Shown: in pieces, positions 49,872 through 58,813 of the stretch | Layout of the letters: the number at the start of each line of letters is the position of its first letter | Position numbering within the stretch: the stretch's first letter is position 1 | Source of the DNA: Coprothermobacterota bacterium | GTDB lineage: Bacteria; Coprothermobacterota; Coprothermobacteria; Coprothermobacterales; Coprothermobacteraceae | DNA length: 64,000 nucleotides | Direction of reading: 5' to 3' | Assembly (NCBI GenBank): GCA_036679065.1 | Contig: JAZIGN010000003.1 | Coordinates: 192,001-256,000, forward strand | Program-made: the position numbers and the translations under genes | Notes under the pieces: model-generated | Databases searched by the model: none | Told to the model about the DNA's origin: nothing | Seen by the model: the letters and a program-made list of their open reading frames with translations, nothing else

Positions 49872-50864
49872 TCATGGCTTTGTTGTGGCGTGAACTTGAT
49901 TCGCCTTCTTGAGTTCTTCTCTAATCTTCCTGTAGGTGATGATGGGTCCGTCACCGGGAACCAATTTTTCCTCGGAGATGTAAGAAGATGCTTTTGGCTT
50001 TTGTGTTATGACCACACGTTTATCTTGCCGCTCTACAACTAAATTTCCGTATTTGCCAAAGAATGCCACTATGCTGTTTAATGCCTTGGAGTTTGTGACT
50101 TTGCAGTAGAACCGTATATACAGTACGGTGTTCTCATCATCAACTGGTGCAAAATAGATAATAACCTTTATTTGGGGACTAATGTGATTCATCCATATAT
50201 TGGGGAATTTAAAGCTGAGAAACGTATCTCGTATTACGCATTCTTCTGGACGTTTAGGTTTCTGACCCACATCCTTTTCATTGTTTGCACTGGTCGTTAT
50301 GGTATAGTCTTCAAAAATAACCTTGGGTCCATTCACCAGTGTCTTGTTACCACGTCCTATGGTGTTGTAATGTACGAATGGTAGATGTACCACATCCAGT
50401 TGATTCTCTATGCACCTAGAATAATGGGCATTCCAATGGTCTTCCATCTCGCTCCAGACATAAGAGTCATCCACGTGTTTGTCAAGAAATGGTAGATTAC
50501 TGGTGGCTTTTTCTTCGTCACCGTACCACAGGTATATGATTCCATGCTCTTCTCTCACTAAACAGCGCCTGACATTGTAACGACTGATGTCTTCGGTTGT
50601 GTTCTTCCCAATGGCTGGTACAAGCGTGCATTTACCGTCTTTATCGAACTCGAGGCCATGGAAAGGACATTTTATGCAGTCGCCCACAACTTTACCTTTG
50701 CTTAAAGCTGCTCCTCTGTGCGGACATTGATCTACAACACAGCCGATTTCTCCTCGGCTGTTCCTAAATAGAGCTAAGTCCATGTTTAATCTCTTGACCG
50801 CTGTTATTTGCCCTTTCTCTACTGCCTTAGATGGCAGTATTGCATACCATTGGTTTGGTATCAT
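49872..50864 (-). CDS. Rieske non-heme iron oxygenase alpha subunit (VanA-like)
   Basis: CPHRG..CPFHG Rieske ligands, ENQLDVVHLPFVH iron motif; start MIPNQW. Confidence 0.92.
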   Translation of the reverse strand: MIPNQWYAILPSKAVEKGQITAVKRLNMDLALFRNSRGEIGCVVDQCPHRGAALSKGKVVGDCIKCPFHGLEFDKDGKCTLVPAIGKNTTEDISRYNVRRCLVREEHGIIYLWYGDEEKATSNLPFLDKHVDDSYVWSEMEDHWNAHYSRCIENQLDVVHLPFVHYNTIGRGNKTLVNGPKVIFEDYTITTSANNEKDVGQKPKRPEECVIRDTFLSFKFPNIWMNHISPQIKVIIYFAPVDDENTVLYIRFYCKVTNSKALNSIVAFFGKYGNLVVERQDKRVVITQKPKASSYISEEKLVPGDGPIITYRKIREELKKANQVHATTKP

Positions 50865-50966
50865 GTGGTTCTCCTTTCCCAGAATGAGAAGCAGCAATTC
50901 TGTGAAGTAATTATAACATTTTTATTTATAATGAAAGGTAGGTGTTGCATTATGCTCGCTGCTGTA

Positions 50967-51800
50967 CTAAAAATCTTCGATGAAATTCTGCCACTCGTCA
51001 TAGATGGAACGAAGCAGCGGATCAAGGTAGGTAAGGGCTTTTTCTTCCATGTCAGTAGGAACTCCATAGTATGCTTCAGCTAAGCCTCCAGTTATGGCTG
51101 CCAAAGTGTCGCTATCGCCACCTATGGAAATGGCATTGCGTATGGCGTCTTCGAAGGACGTCGACTCAAGGAATGCTTCAATAGCCTCAGGTACAGTGCC
51201 TTGGCATGTCTCGTTGAACTCATATGTATTACGTATTTCATCTAAAGTGAAATCCAGTTCGTAGTAGTCACGTGTGATTCTGCTGCGAATTTCTTCTTTA
51301 CTGCTCCCTGTGCGTGCCATGAAAATGGCTATCACAGTAGCTTCCGCTCCCTTAATGCCTTCAGCGTGGTTGTGGCTCACGCTTGTTACCACCTTAGACA
51401 TCTTCACTGCCTCTTTTTCTGACCGAGCTACAAAGCCCACCGGACTTATACGCATGGCAGCACCGTTTCCAAAACTGTTGTATGGTCTTGGGTTGTCGCT
51501 GAAAATCCACTGGTAGAACCTTGAACCATAACCGCAATTAGGGTATTTGCGGCCGATCTCCTGCATGTAACGAATAGTGTTCCTTTCAAGCACGGAGTAG
51601 AATTCATCGCTAAAACCACTTGTAACCACTGATGGCTCGAAGGTCCTGCAGGTTTCCATTATGGCTTTCGCCACAGCTAAAGTCATTATGCTGTCGTCTG
51701 TGACAAAACATTCATCTGTGAAAAGCTCAAAATCCTTGCTTCGGTGATTGTTAAACTCAAAACGGGAACCGACAATGTCGCCAATAATGGCTCCAATCAA
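50967..51800 (-). CDS. ADP-ribosylglycohydrolase family protein
   Basis: GAIIGD, TDDS, GNGAAMR, GGDSDT. Confidence 0.93.
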   Translation of the reverse strand: MIGAIIGDIVGSRFEFNNHRSKDFELFTDECFVTDDSIMTLAVAKAIMETCRTFEPSVVTSGFSDEFYSVLERNTIRYMQEIGRKYPNCGYGSRFYQWIFSDNPRPYNSFGNGAAMRISPVGFVARSEKEAVKMSKVVTSVSHNHAEGIKGAEATVIAIFMARTGSSKEEIRSRITRDYYELDFTLDEIRNTYEFNETCQGTVPEAIEAFLESTSFEDAIRNAISIGGDSDTLAAITGGLAEAYYGVPTDMEEKALTYLDPLLRSIYDEWQNFIEDF

Positions 51801-51908
51801 TTAACTTCCCCTCCTTCTTGAACAGATTTTAGTTGATTATAAATGTCTCTCATTCTCCAAACTGGTTATCTTTCTTGTGGACCAAAATGTAACTAAATGG
51901 CCAATAGC

Positions 51909-52532
51909 CTATCTCTTGGCAAAAACAAATGCGGTCAGGCTACAAACAACAAGATACACTGCAATGCAAATAGCCCAGAGTGTCAAGGACGAGTAAGGGC
52001 GCGGGTAGATGTGTACAAGACTTGACACAACCCAAAAGCCCGGAAATGCCATCACAAGCCATATGGCGCTGCTCACAAATTTGTTCGACCATAACTTATG
52101 GTCATCTTTGGCGTACTTGGTAAGAAATAGCTCATGAAGCACTATCACGAGAAGGTCACCAACAGCAGAAACAATAACGGAAGTAGCATTCTGGTACGTT
52201 ATCCACAAGCCGATGCCAATTAAGGTGAAAATGGCTATACCGCCTACGGACATTATGTACGCGCTATTCAACTTCCCAGACAGCTCCATTTTCTGGACGA
52301 CTTTATAAGCAGCCGGTGTATCGTTTTCGCTTTTATAATCCTCATTTATGAGGTAGTCCACGGAAACACCAAACAGTTTACTGATCTGCAGCAAGTTTTC
52401 CGCATCTGGGAGAGTGCTATCCACTTCCCAACGAGATACGGCTTGCCTGGAAACCGAGAGTTTCTCCGCCAGGTCTTCCTGTGAAAGTCCATGTTCCTTT
52501 CTCAAAGTTGTAAGTTTTTCTCCAAAAGTCAT
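51909..52532 (-). CDS. XRE-family HTH regulator with C-terminal TM helices
   Basis: LSQEDLAEKLSVSRQAVSRWE; about 4 TM segments. Confidence 0.9.
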   Translation of the reverse strand: MTFGEKLTTLRKEHGLSQEDLAEKLSVSRQAVSRWEVDSTLPDAENLLQISKLFGVSVDYLINEDYKSENDTPAAYKVVQKMELSGKLNSAYIMSVGGIAIFTLIGIGLWITYQNATSVIVSAVGDLLVIVLHELFLTKYAKDDHKLWSNKFVSSAIWLVMAFPGFWVVSSLVHIYPRPYSSLTLWAICIAVYLVVCSLTAFVFAKR

Positions 52533-52709
52533 GTACTTCACCTCCACGTATGTAAACTTCATTCTGTATTGTTAGCCTCTATTTGTCCACCACTTCGTGT
52601 TTACATTGCCGCAACTTAATGTAACATGTGAGCTACCTATAGCAACCTTTTGCCTTTATGTTATGATGAACAACGTAGATATTCTTTGCGGAAAACCAGG
52701 AGGAAAAAC

Positions 52710-53786
52710 TTGAAACTACCATCTCTAAGAATAGGAGATTTAGAAGCAAGAGTGCCCATAATTCAGGGCGGTATGGGTGTTGGAATATCCATGTCGGGTC
52801 TGGCTTCTGCTGTGGCTAATGCTGGCGGTATCGGAGTCATATCCGGTCTGCATCTTTCTCTTAGCGATCCTAAATGGGGTCCAAACATTAGAAAGGGCAA
52901 CATTGAAGCGCTCAGGGAAGAAATAAGAAAAGCAAGGAGGCTTTCGCCCCAGGGCATCATTGGCGTGAACATACTCGTGGCAGCAACGGAGTATGAGGCT
53001 CTGGTAAAAACTGCGGTGGAGGAAGGTGCGGACCTCATTATTTCCGGTGCTGGGCTTCCACTAAACTTGCCAGAGTTTGTGAAAGGCACCCACACCAAAG
53101 CTGTGCCCATTGTTTCCTCGGTTCGTGGAGCAACAACCATTTGTAAGTCGTGGACTCAAAAGCACAACTACGTACCTGACGCCATCATTGTGGAAGGTCC
53201 AAAAGCAGGAGGGCACCTGGGGTTCAAGCCGGAAGAGCTTGAGCATATGGACAATTACAAGCTCGAAGATATTGTTCCTCAGGTCATTGAAGCAGTGAAA
53301 CCTTTTGAAGAACAGTATGGCAAGAAAATACCTGTGATCGCCGCTGGAGGTATTTTTGATGGGAAGGACATCGCAAGGTTCATAAAGCTGGGCGCCAGTG
53401 GGGTGCAGATGGCGACGCGGTTTGTGGCAACCTACGAATGCGATGCGTCAATGGAGTTTAAGCAGGCTTACATAAATGCGAAAAAAGAAGATGTGGTAAT
53501 CATAAAGAGCCCAGTGGGTATGCCAGGCAGGGCCATAAGAAATCAATTTCTTATTGACGTTGAGAACAATGCAAGAAAACCTGACCTGTGCAGGTACAAC
53601 TGCCTAAAGACATGTGATCCGAAGACAGCACCTTACTGTATTTCTCAGGCTTTGATAAACGCGCAGAAGGGGAATCTAGATGAAGGTTTTGCTTTCTGCG
53701 GTGAAAACGTCTACAAAGTGGACAAAATTGTGCACGTGGATGAACTCATAAGCGAACTGGTCAGAGAAGCAGAAGAAAACCTGTAG
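52710..53786 (+). CDS. Nitronate monooxygenase/FabK-like flavoprotein with Cys cluster
   Basis: PIIQGGMG, SGAGLP, EGPKAGGHLG, GVQMATRF; TTG start after AGGAGG. Confidence 0.88.
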   Translation: MKLPSLRIGDLEARVPIIQGGMGVGISMSGLASAVANAGGIGVISGLHLSLSDPKWGPNIRKGNIEALREEIRKARRLSPQGIIGVNILVAATEYEALVKTAVEEGADLIISGAGLPLNLPEFVKGTHTKAVPIVSSVRGATTICKSWTQKHNYVPDAIIVEGPKAGGHLGFKPEELEHMDNYKLEDIVPQVIEAVKPFEEQYGKKIPVIAAGGIFDGKDIARFIKLGASGVQMATRFVATYECDASMEFKQAYINAKKEDVVIIKSPVGMPGRAIRNQFLIDVENNARKPDLCRYNCLKTCDPKTAPYCISQALINAQKGNLDEGFAFCGENVYKVDKIVHVDELISELVREAEENL

Positions 53787-53798
53787 TAGTAATAAATG

Positions 53799-53834
53799 AG
53801 GAGGGCCACGCTTTCTACGGTGCGGCCCTCCTTT
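53799..53834. terminator. Hairpin between convergent genes
   Basis: AGGAGGGCC / GGCCCTCCT. Confidence 0.6.
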
Positions 53835-53860
53835 GTGTTGGCTTGCTAAGAAAGTCTATT

Positions 53861-54541
53861 TTACAAGCTTCGCTCTTGTTTCTTGCTACGTAGGTAATTT
53901 ATTAGTGCATCAACTTGCTCGTTATTCAGCTTATCCAATGGGACGTTGTATTTCTTTTCTACCATTGTTCTAAGCTGTTCTTCGTTTAAGCCAACTTCTT
54001 TTGCAAGGGTTAGCACAAAGGAAATCCTTTTGGGGTTGGCTGTGAGAAGTGCGTTAGATCCAGTTTGATGTTCTGGCACTGTGCTTTCTGCATCATCATC
54101 TTCAGAGGTTGCTGCCATATTGAATAGCGACAAAAGAGCATACCTTCTCAAGTAAGATATAGTACTACCAATCGTTTGTACGGATACTTCATCGGTTATC
54201 TCGTAAATAGGTTTTCTCTCTTCATCAACGCCTACCTGAACACGTGCTCTTTGAGGATTAGCCGTCACAGGTCCAAACTCTAGCCAGCATCCATTGGTGT
54301 GAAACAGGTACGTAACAATAGAGATTTCTTGCGAGCTGTTGGATAAAACTTCTTGCGCCATTACCAAACCATTTCTTGTGAGTAAGGGGCGGAGTAGATC
54401 GACAATTTGGTCAAGTGGTGCGTATTTAGATTTGAAATATGGGTTCTCGCTGGTCGCAATTGGATTTTTGACTTCATGCTGCACAGCGAGTAACGCTTTA
54501 ATAAGCTCGCTTATACCTTCAGTATTCCCATTTACTTTCAT
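53861..54541 (-). CDS. ERF-family single-strand annealing protein (phage-type)
   Basis: NPYFKSKYAPLD, HTNG, GSTISYLRRYAL, EDDDA motifs. Confidence 0.9.
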   Translation of the reverse strand: MKVNGNTEGISELIKALLAVQHEVKNPIATSENPYFKSKYAPLDQIVDLLRPLLTRNGLVMAQEVLSNSSQEISIVTYLFHTNGCWLEFGPVTANPQRARVQVGVDEERKPIYEITDEVSVQTIGSTISYLRRYALLSLFNMAATSEDDDAESTVPEHQTGSNALLTANPKRISFVLTLAKEVGLNEEQLRTMVEKKYNVPLDKLNNEQVDALINYLRSKKQERSL

Positions 54542-54606
54542 CTTATGTACCTCCTCAGTTGTTTATCGTCTTTTCTTGATTTTCTCTGCGCATATGTACG
54601 ACACAT
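54538..54606 (-). CDS. Putative 22-aa basic peptide MCRTYAQRKSRKDDKQLRRYIR coupled to ERF gene
   Basis: SD AAGGAGGT 7 nt before ATG; TGA overlaps the ERF ATG. Confidence 0.45.
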   Translation of the reverse strand: MCRTYAQRKSRKDDKQLRRYIR

Positions 54607-55075
54607 ATGACTTACCTCCTTACTGTGAAAACTCAGTGCAAGAAAGCTTCAAGGTTTGCAAACAGAAATTGTAGGCTTATTTAGGCTGGCGTACGCTAAA
54701 TTTTCCGGTATGTCAATTTTATAAACGAATTCTTGAAGGATTTATTTCTCTTACATAGAGGATAAATATCGCTCAAGTTCTTTCTTTGCACTCGAGTTAT
54801 ATTATAACAAAGAATACCCTGAAAACAAACATAAAAGCGGCATAAATTACCTATGCTTTAGCAGAACCATTAGCTCATTTTTCTTGAATAAATTCTGACT
54901 CAATATTCACGGTTATTGCAGTTTTATATAGCGAGTTGATAATCGCGCCATATGAGATGTTTTTTGGCATGGAAAGAGTTCTTTTGCCTTGAATCTATAG
55001 TAATTGGCCATGTGGTTTGGTTCACAGCCTTTTCATTGTAGCGCTTTGACTTGGGTTTGTCCTTTGCTGGAATGC

Positions 55076-56392
55076 TCAAAGTTTTTGTTTCATCAGCAGT
55101 GCCACACACTCGACGTGTGTTGTTTGTGGAAACATGTCTATGGCCTGGATGTGGTTTAGGAAATAGCCAAAGGACTGAAACCTGCTGATGTCCCGAGCAA
55201 GGGTTGATGGGTCACAGCTGATGTAGACAATACGTTCTGGCTGGAGCCTTGCTACAGCGTTCAATGCTTCCTGAGTCATGCCGTTTCTTGGTGGATCAAC
55301 TACTACTTTGTTTATCTTCTCTTGTAGGGAAGCAGCCGCTTCTTCAACGGGTTTGGCTAAAAACTGCACGTTGTCCACGTTGTTTAATGCAGCATTTTCA
55401 CATGCCTGCTGTACAGCTTCTTCTACACCCTCCGCTGCTATGACAGACTTAACTTCCGGAGCATACAGTAAAGTAAAAGCGCCCACGCCTGAATAGCCTT
55501 CAAACACCACATCTTCTGGCTTGGGCTCAAGGTACTCCATCGCAACCGTGAACAGTTTTTCTGCTTGCTTGGGGTTTATTTGGAAGAAGGACATGGGCGT
55601 TATGTTGTAAATGTTGCCCATGAGCTGTTCTTGCACATATGGGTTACCGTAGTACCAGCTTAAACCTTTTCCAATGACCGTCTTGTTCTGCGCAGTGTTC
55701 TGGTGAAAAACCAAACTACTTACGCCCAGTTCAAGAATTTCCTGAGCTAAGGTTTCAAAGTTTTTGGGAAAATGACTAAAGGTTACCAGAACTTGCCTTT
55801 CACCAGAGAGAAGAGACGCTCTGACTTGTAAATGCCTCAGCGTGCCACCGCTAGTGAAATAGCTCCTTAGTCCATGTTGTCTCATAACGCTCAATACACC
55901 TTGTGCTGTTTCCCAAAGTGGCTCTTGGAGTATGGGGCAAGTGGTCAAGGCGAACCATTTGTCATTTTTACTAAAGTAACCCACATCCAAGATGTTTCTT
56001 TCTTCACCGAACATGAAATGAGCTTTTGCTCTGTAGCCATAGAGCGTGTCTGAAGGGACAACTTGCACGTTGTCCACCTCTTGCTTAGCTAGTTTCCAAA
56101 CGTTTTGGCTCACAAAACTACTTTTCCACTGAAGTTGTTGCTGGTAAGAAATGTGTTGAAGCTGGCACCCGCCGCACTGAGAGAAATGTGGACACAAGGG
56201 TTCTATCCTGTAAGGGCTCGCCTGAACCAGTTCCACCAGCTCAGCTTCCGCGTAGTTTTTCCGTTGAGACGTAACCACTGCTTTTACCACGTCTCCTGGT
56301 GCCACAATGCCCTTCACAAAATACACAAGGCCAGATGACTTAGCAACACCAAAACCTTCCACAGTGAGGTCTGTAATTTCTAAGACTTCCAT
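55076..56392 (-). CDS. rlmD: 23S rRNA m5U1939 methyltransferase
   Basis: TRAM domain, CxxxxxCGGC, FFQIN, DPPR, YISC, DMFPQTTHVE. Confidence 0.95.
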   Translation of the reverse strand: MEVLEITDLTVEGFGVAKSSGLVYFVKGIVAPGDVVKAVVTSQRKNYAEAELVELVQASPYRIEPLCPHFSQCGGCQLQHISYQQQLQWKSSFVSQNVWKLAKQEVDNVQVVPSDTLYGYRAKAHFMFGEERNILDVGYFSKNDKWFALTTCPILQEPLWETAQGVLSVMRQHGLRSYFTSGGTLRHLQVRASLLSGERQVLVTFSHFPKNFETLAQEILELGVSSLVFHQNTAQNKTVIGKGLSWYYGNPYVQEQLMGNIYNITPMSFFQINPKQAEKLFTVAMEYLEPKPEDVVFEGYSGVGAFTLLYAPEVKSVIAAEGVEEAVQQACENAALNNVDNVQFLAKPVEEAAASLQEKINKVVVDPPRNGMTQEALNAVARLQPERIVYISCDPSTLARDISRFQSFGYFLNHIQAIDMFPQTTHVECVALLMKQKL

Positions 56393-56419
56393 TGTTTGTC
56401 TTCTGCTTCTCTATATTTG

Positions 56420-57304
56420 TTAAGGTACGGGTTCGCCAGTGGCTTGCTCTAAAAGATAAAACCACTCCTGTCGGTCAAGGATTATGTCCTTGGCCTCCAC
56501 TGCTGATTTTACCCGATCATATTTACTACTGCCTGCTATGACCACAATGTTCGCTGGATGGCTTAGCAGCCATGAGTACGCAATATGCTCAGCTGTGACG
56601 CCGTGATTATGAGCAACTTGTTCCAGCGCGTTCTTTAACTTAACCATGTTGGGTTCACCACTGGTGAACAGTTTTCCTCCGCCCAGGGGTGACCAAGCCA
56701 TTGGGGTTATGTCGTTTTCCATCATGTATGGAATTTGCCAATCCCAAAAAGGTTGTGGATGTGCAAGAGAGATTTCTATCTGGTTCACAAATAATGGTTG
56801 TTTCACGTATTTTGTGAGTAGTGAGTGATGATAAGGCATGAAGTTGGATACGCCAAAAGAAAGCACCTTTCCTTCCTTGTAAAGCTCGTCAAAGGCATGG
56901 CCCACTTCCAAAGGGTCCATGTATGGGTCAGGTCTGTGTATGAGCAGCAGGTCAATGTGATCCCTGCCTAATTCAAGTAAAGATTGGTCTACCGAGGCAA
57001 TGATGTGTTCAGCTGAAGTATCGTAGTGCTTCACATAAACTTCTGGATGCTTGTCCGAGAGCAAAACAATACCAGCTTTTGTAACTACCTTTATGCGTTT
57101 AGACAATGTTGGGTCAGCTTGCAACACTTCACCGAACATCTTTGTGGCTTCATAGTCTCCGTAAATGTCCGCTAAATCCACAGTATCCACGCCCAGGTCC
57201 AAAAGTTTGTTCATGGTTCTAGCAAGTTCTTTTGGTGTTCTATTCCAAGTTTTAATTCTCCAGAGGCCCCAAACAGTTCTTGGCAGAGTTATTTTTTCTT
57301 CCAT
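56420..57304 (-). CDS. Aldo/keto reductase (YdhF-like)
   Basis: DLADIYG, LLIHRPD, FGVSNF, AWSPLGGG. Confidence 0.9.
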   Translation of the reverse strand: MEEKITLPRTVWGLWRIKTWNRTPKELARTMNKLLDLGVDTVDLADIYGDYEATKMFGEVLQADPTLSKRIKVVTKAGIVLLSDKHPEVYVKHYDTSAEHIIASVDQSLLELGRDHIDLLLIHRPDPYMDPLEVGHAFDELYKEGKVLSFGVSNFMPYHHSLLTKYVKQPLFVNQIEISLAHPQPFWDWQIPYMMENDITPMAWSPLGGGKLFTSGEPNMVKLKNALEQVAHNHGVTAEHIAYSWLLSHPANIVVIAGSSKYDRVKSAVEAKDIILDRQEWFYLLEQATGEPVP

Positions 57305-57406
57305 GGATTAATTAAAGCACAATTTACACTTGATAGGCTGATACAATGTTAAAATGAGAAACCAATAGGGGTTGAAATGCGTCCTCGTTAAGGAGGTGAA
57401 ACAAGG

Positions 57407-58363
57407 ATGAGAAAGTTGACAAGAAAGATCATTCCGGTGTTGCTGTGCCTCAGCTTGTTTGTTGTTATGGCACCTTTGGCAACATCGGCAGCAGGCACAC
57501 TCGCAATCAAGTTGGATGTAATGCAACTTCCCACTGGTGGGGTAGAATTGATGGTTTACGTGGTAAACCCTGGTTCGTCAGTAACTATGCAGTTCAGTAG
57601 CGGTTACTACTACGATGTAGAGATTACTGGCAGTAACTTCCATTACAAGGATTCTCAAGGCAAGAGCTACACTCAAGCAATAATGAAGAAAACATTCCCC
57701 ACTGGGAACACGCTGATTAGTTTCATCACTTTACCTAACATCCCTGCAGGCAGCTACACTTACAAGGTTTGGTTAGTGGGCCAAAACGTTACCACTTCAG
57801 GTTCATTTGTGCTCGGCTCTGTACCTGAAATCACTGACATTAGTAATTCCTGGGCAAAAGACAACATTACCACTGTGGTAGAGAAGAAATTCCTGACGGT
57901 ACTTGACAACAAGTTCAGACCTACAGAGCCCATCACTCGTGGTGAATTCATGTATGCACTGGCTTTAGCCACCGGTATTAAGCCCGTGACGTTAGCGGAC
58001 TTGGATGGGAAGAATCCCTTTAAGGATGTGGATCCCAAGAGTGCTGTAGCTCCTTACTACTGGGCATTCTACAAAGCCAATATTGTAAAGGGTTATCCTG
58101 ATGGAACACTGCGTCCAGCTGGCTTCCTGACCAGAGGCGAGGCTGCAAAGTTGATCGCCTTGACGCTACCATCAGAACCTGGTCAAAACTTTATACCCAA
58201 GGCTCCTTTCACTGATCTGTTCGGACACTGGTCAAAGATCTATGTAGCTTACCTTTATGAAAAGGGCATAGTAAAGGGCATGACAGAAACCACATTCGGA
58301 CCAGACCTGACGCTAACCCGTGACCAAGTGGCTGCTTTCTTAACGCGCGTCATGGTGAAGTGA
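57407..58363 (+). CDS. Secreted protein with BsuPI-like N-terminal domain and SLH domains
   Basis: Signal peptide; FSSGYYYD..SYTQA; ITRGE, LTRGE, LTRDQ SLH motifs. Confidence 0.8.
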   Translation: MRKLTRKIIPVLLCLSLFVVMAPLATSAAGTLAIKLDVMQLPTGGVELMVYVVNPGSSVTMQFSSGYYYDVEITGSNFHYKDSQGKSYTQAIMKKTFPTGNTLISFITLPNIPAGSYTYKVWLVGQNVTTSGSFVLGSVPEITDISNSWAKDNITTVVEKKFLTVLDNKFRPTEPITRGEFMYALALATGIKPVTLADLDGKNPFKDVDPKSAVAPYYWAFYKANIVKGYPDGTLRPAGFLTRGEAAKLIALTLPSEPGQNFIPKAPFTDLFGHWSKIYVAYLYEKGIVKGMTETTFGPDLTLTRDQVAAFLTRVMVK

Positions 58364-58414
58364 AAGTAGAGAAAGAGCGTTCAAGTCAATCACGATAAAT
58401 GGCATGAATTAAGC

Positions 58415-58447
58415 AAAAGGGCTTACCCACTGCGGGTAAGCCCTTTT
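58415..58447. terminator. Bidirectional intrinsic terminator
   Basis: AAAAGGGCTTACCC / GGGTAAGCCCTTTT between convergent genes. Confidence 0.85.
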
Positions 58448-58478
58448 TACACGGACACCTCCGTTATTTCTTTCTACC

Positions 58479-58787
58479 TCACTTCTTCTGGTGTTTCTTT
58501 ATGAACTCCTCTACTTCATCTTTGCCTTCTTCGTAAAACTTTTTCTCATCAGGCTCTAACTCGAAAAGCAGGCGGAGAAACTCTCCTGCGTGAACTCTTT
58601 CCTCGTTGGCAATGTCCACTAACACATCTTTGGCAAGATCGTTGTCGATGCTTTCAGCAAGTTGCATGTAAAGTTGAGTAGCTTCATACTCAGCGGCTAC
58701 CATGAACCTAATGGCTCTCACCAATTCCTCGTGTGTGAGCTTACGGTCGTACTTGTTTCCACTAAATGGACTTGAAAAATCTGGCAT
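58479..58787 (-). CDS. Short ferritin-like (EncFtn/rubrerythrin-type) protein
   Basis: AEYEATQLY and EERVHAGE di-iron ligands in a two-helix unit. Confidence 0.85.
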   Translation of the reverse strand: MPDFSSPFSGNKYDRKLTHEELVRAIRFMVAAEYEATQLYMQLAESIDNDLAKDVLVDIANEERVHAGEFLRLLFELEPDEKKFYEEGKDEVEEFIKKHQKK

Positions 58788-58813
58788 GATTTGTCCCCTC
58801 CTTTACACCCTTT

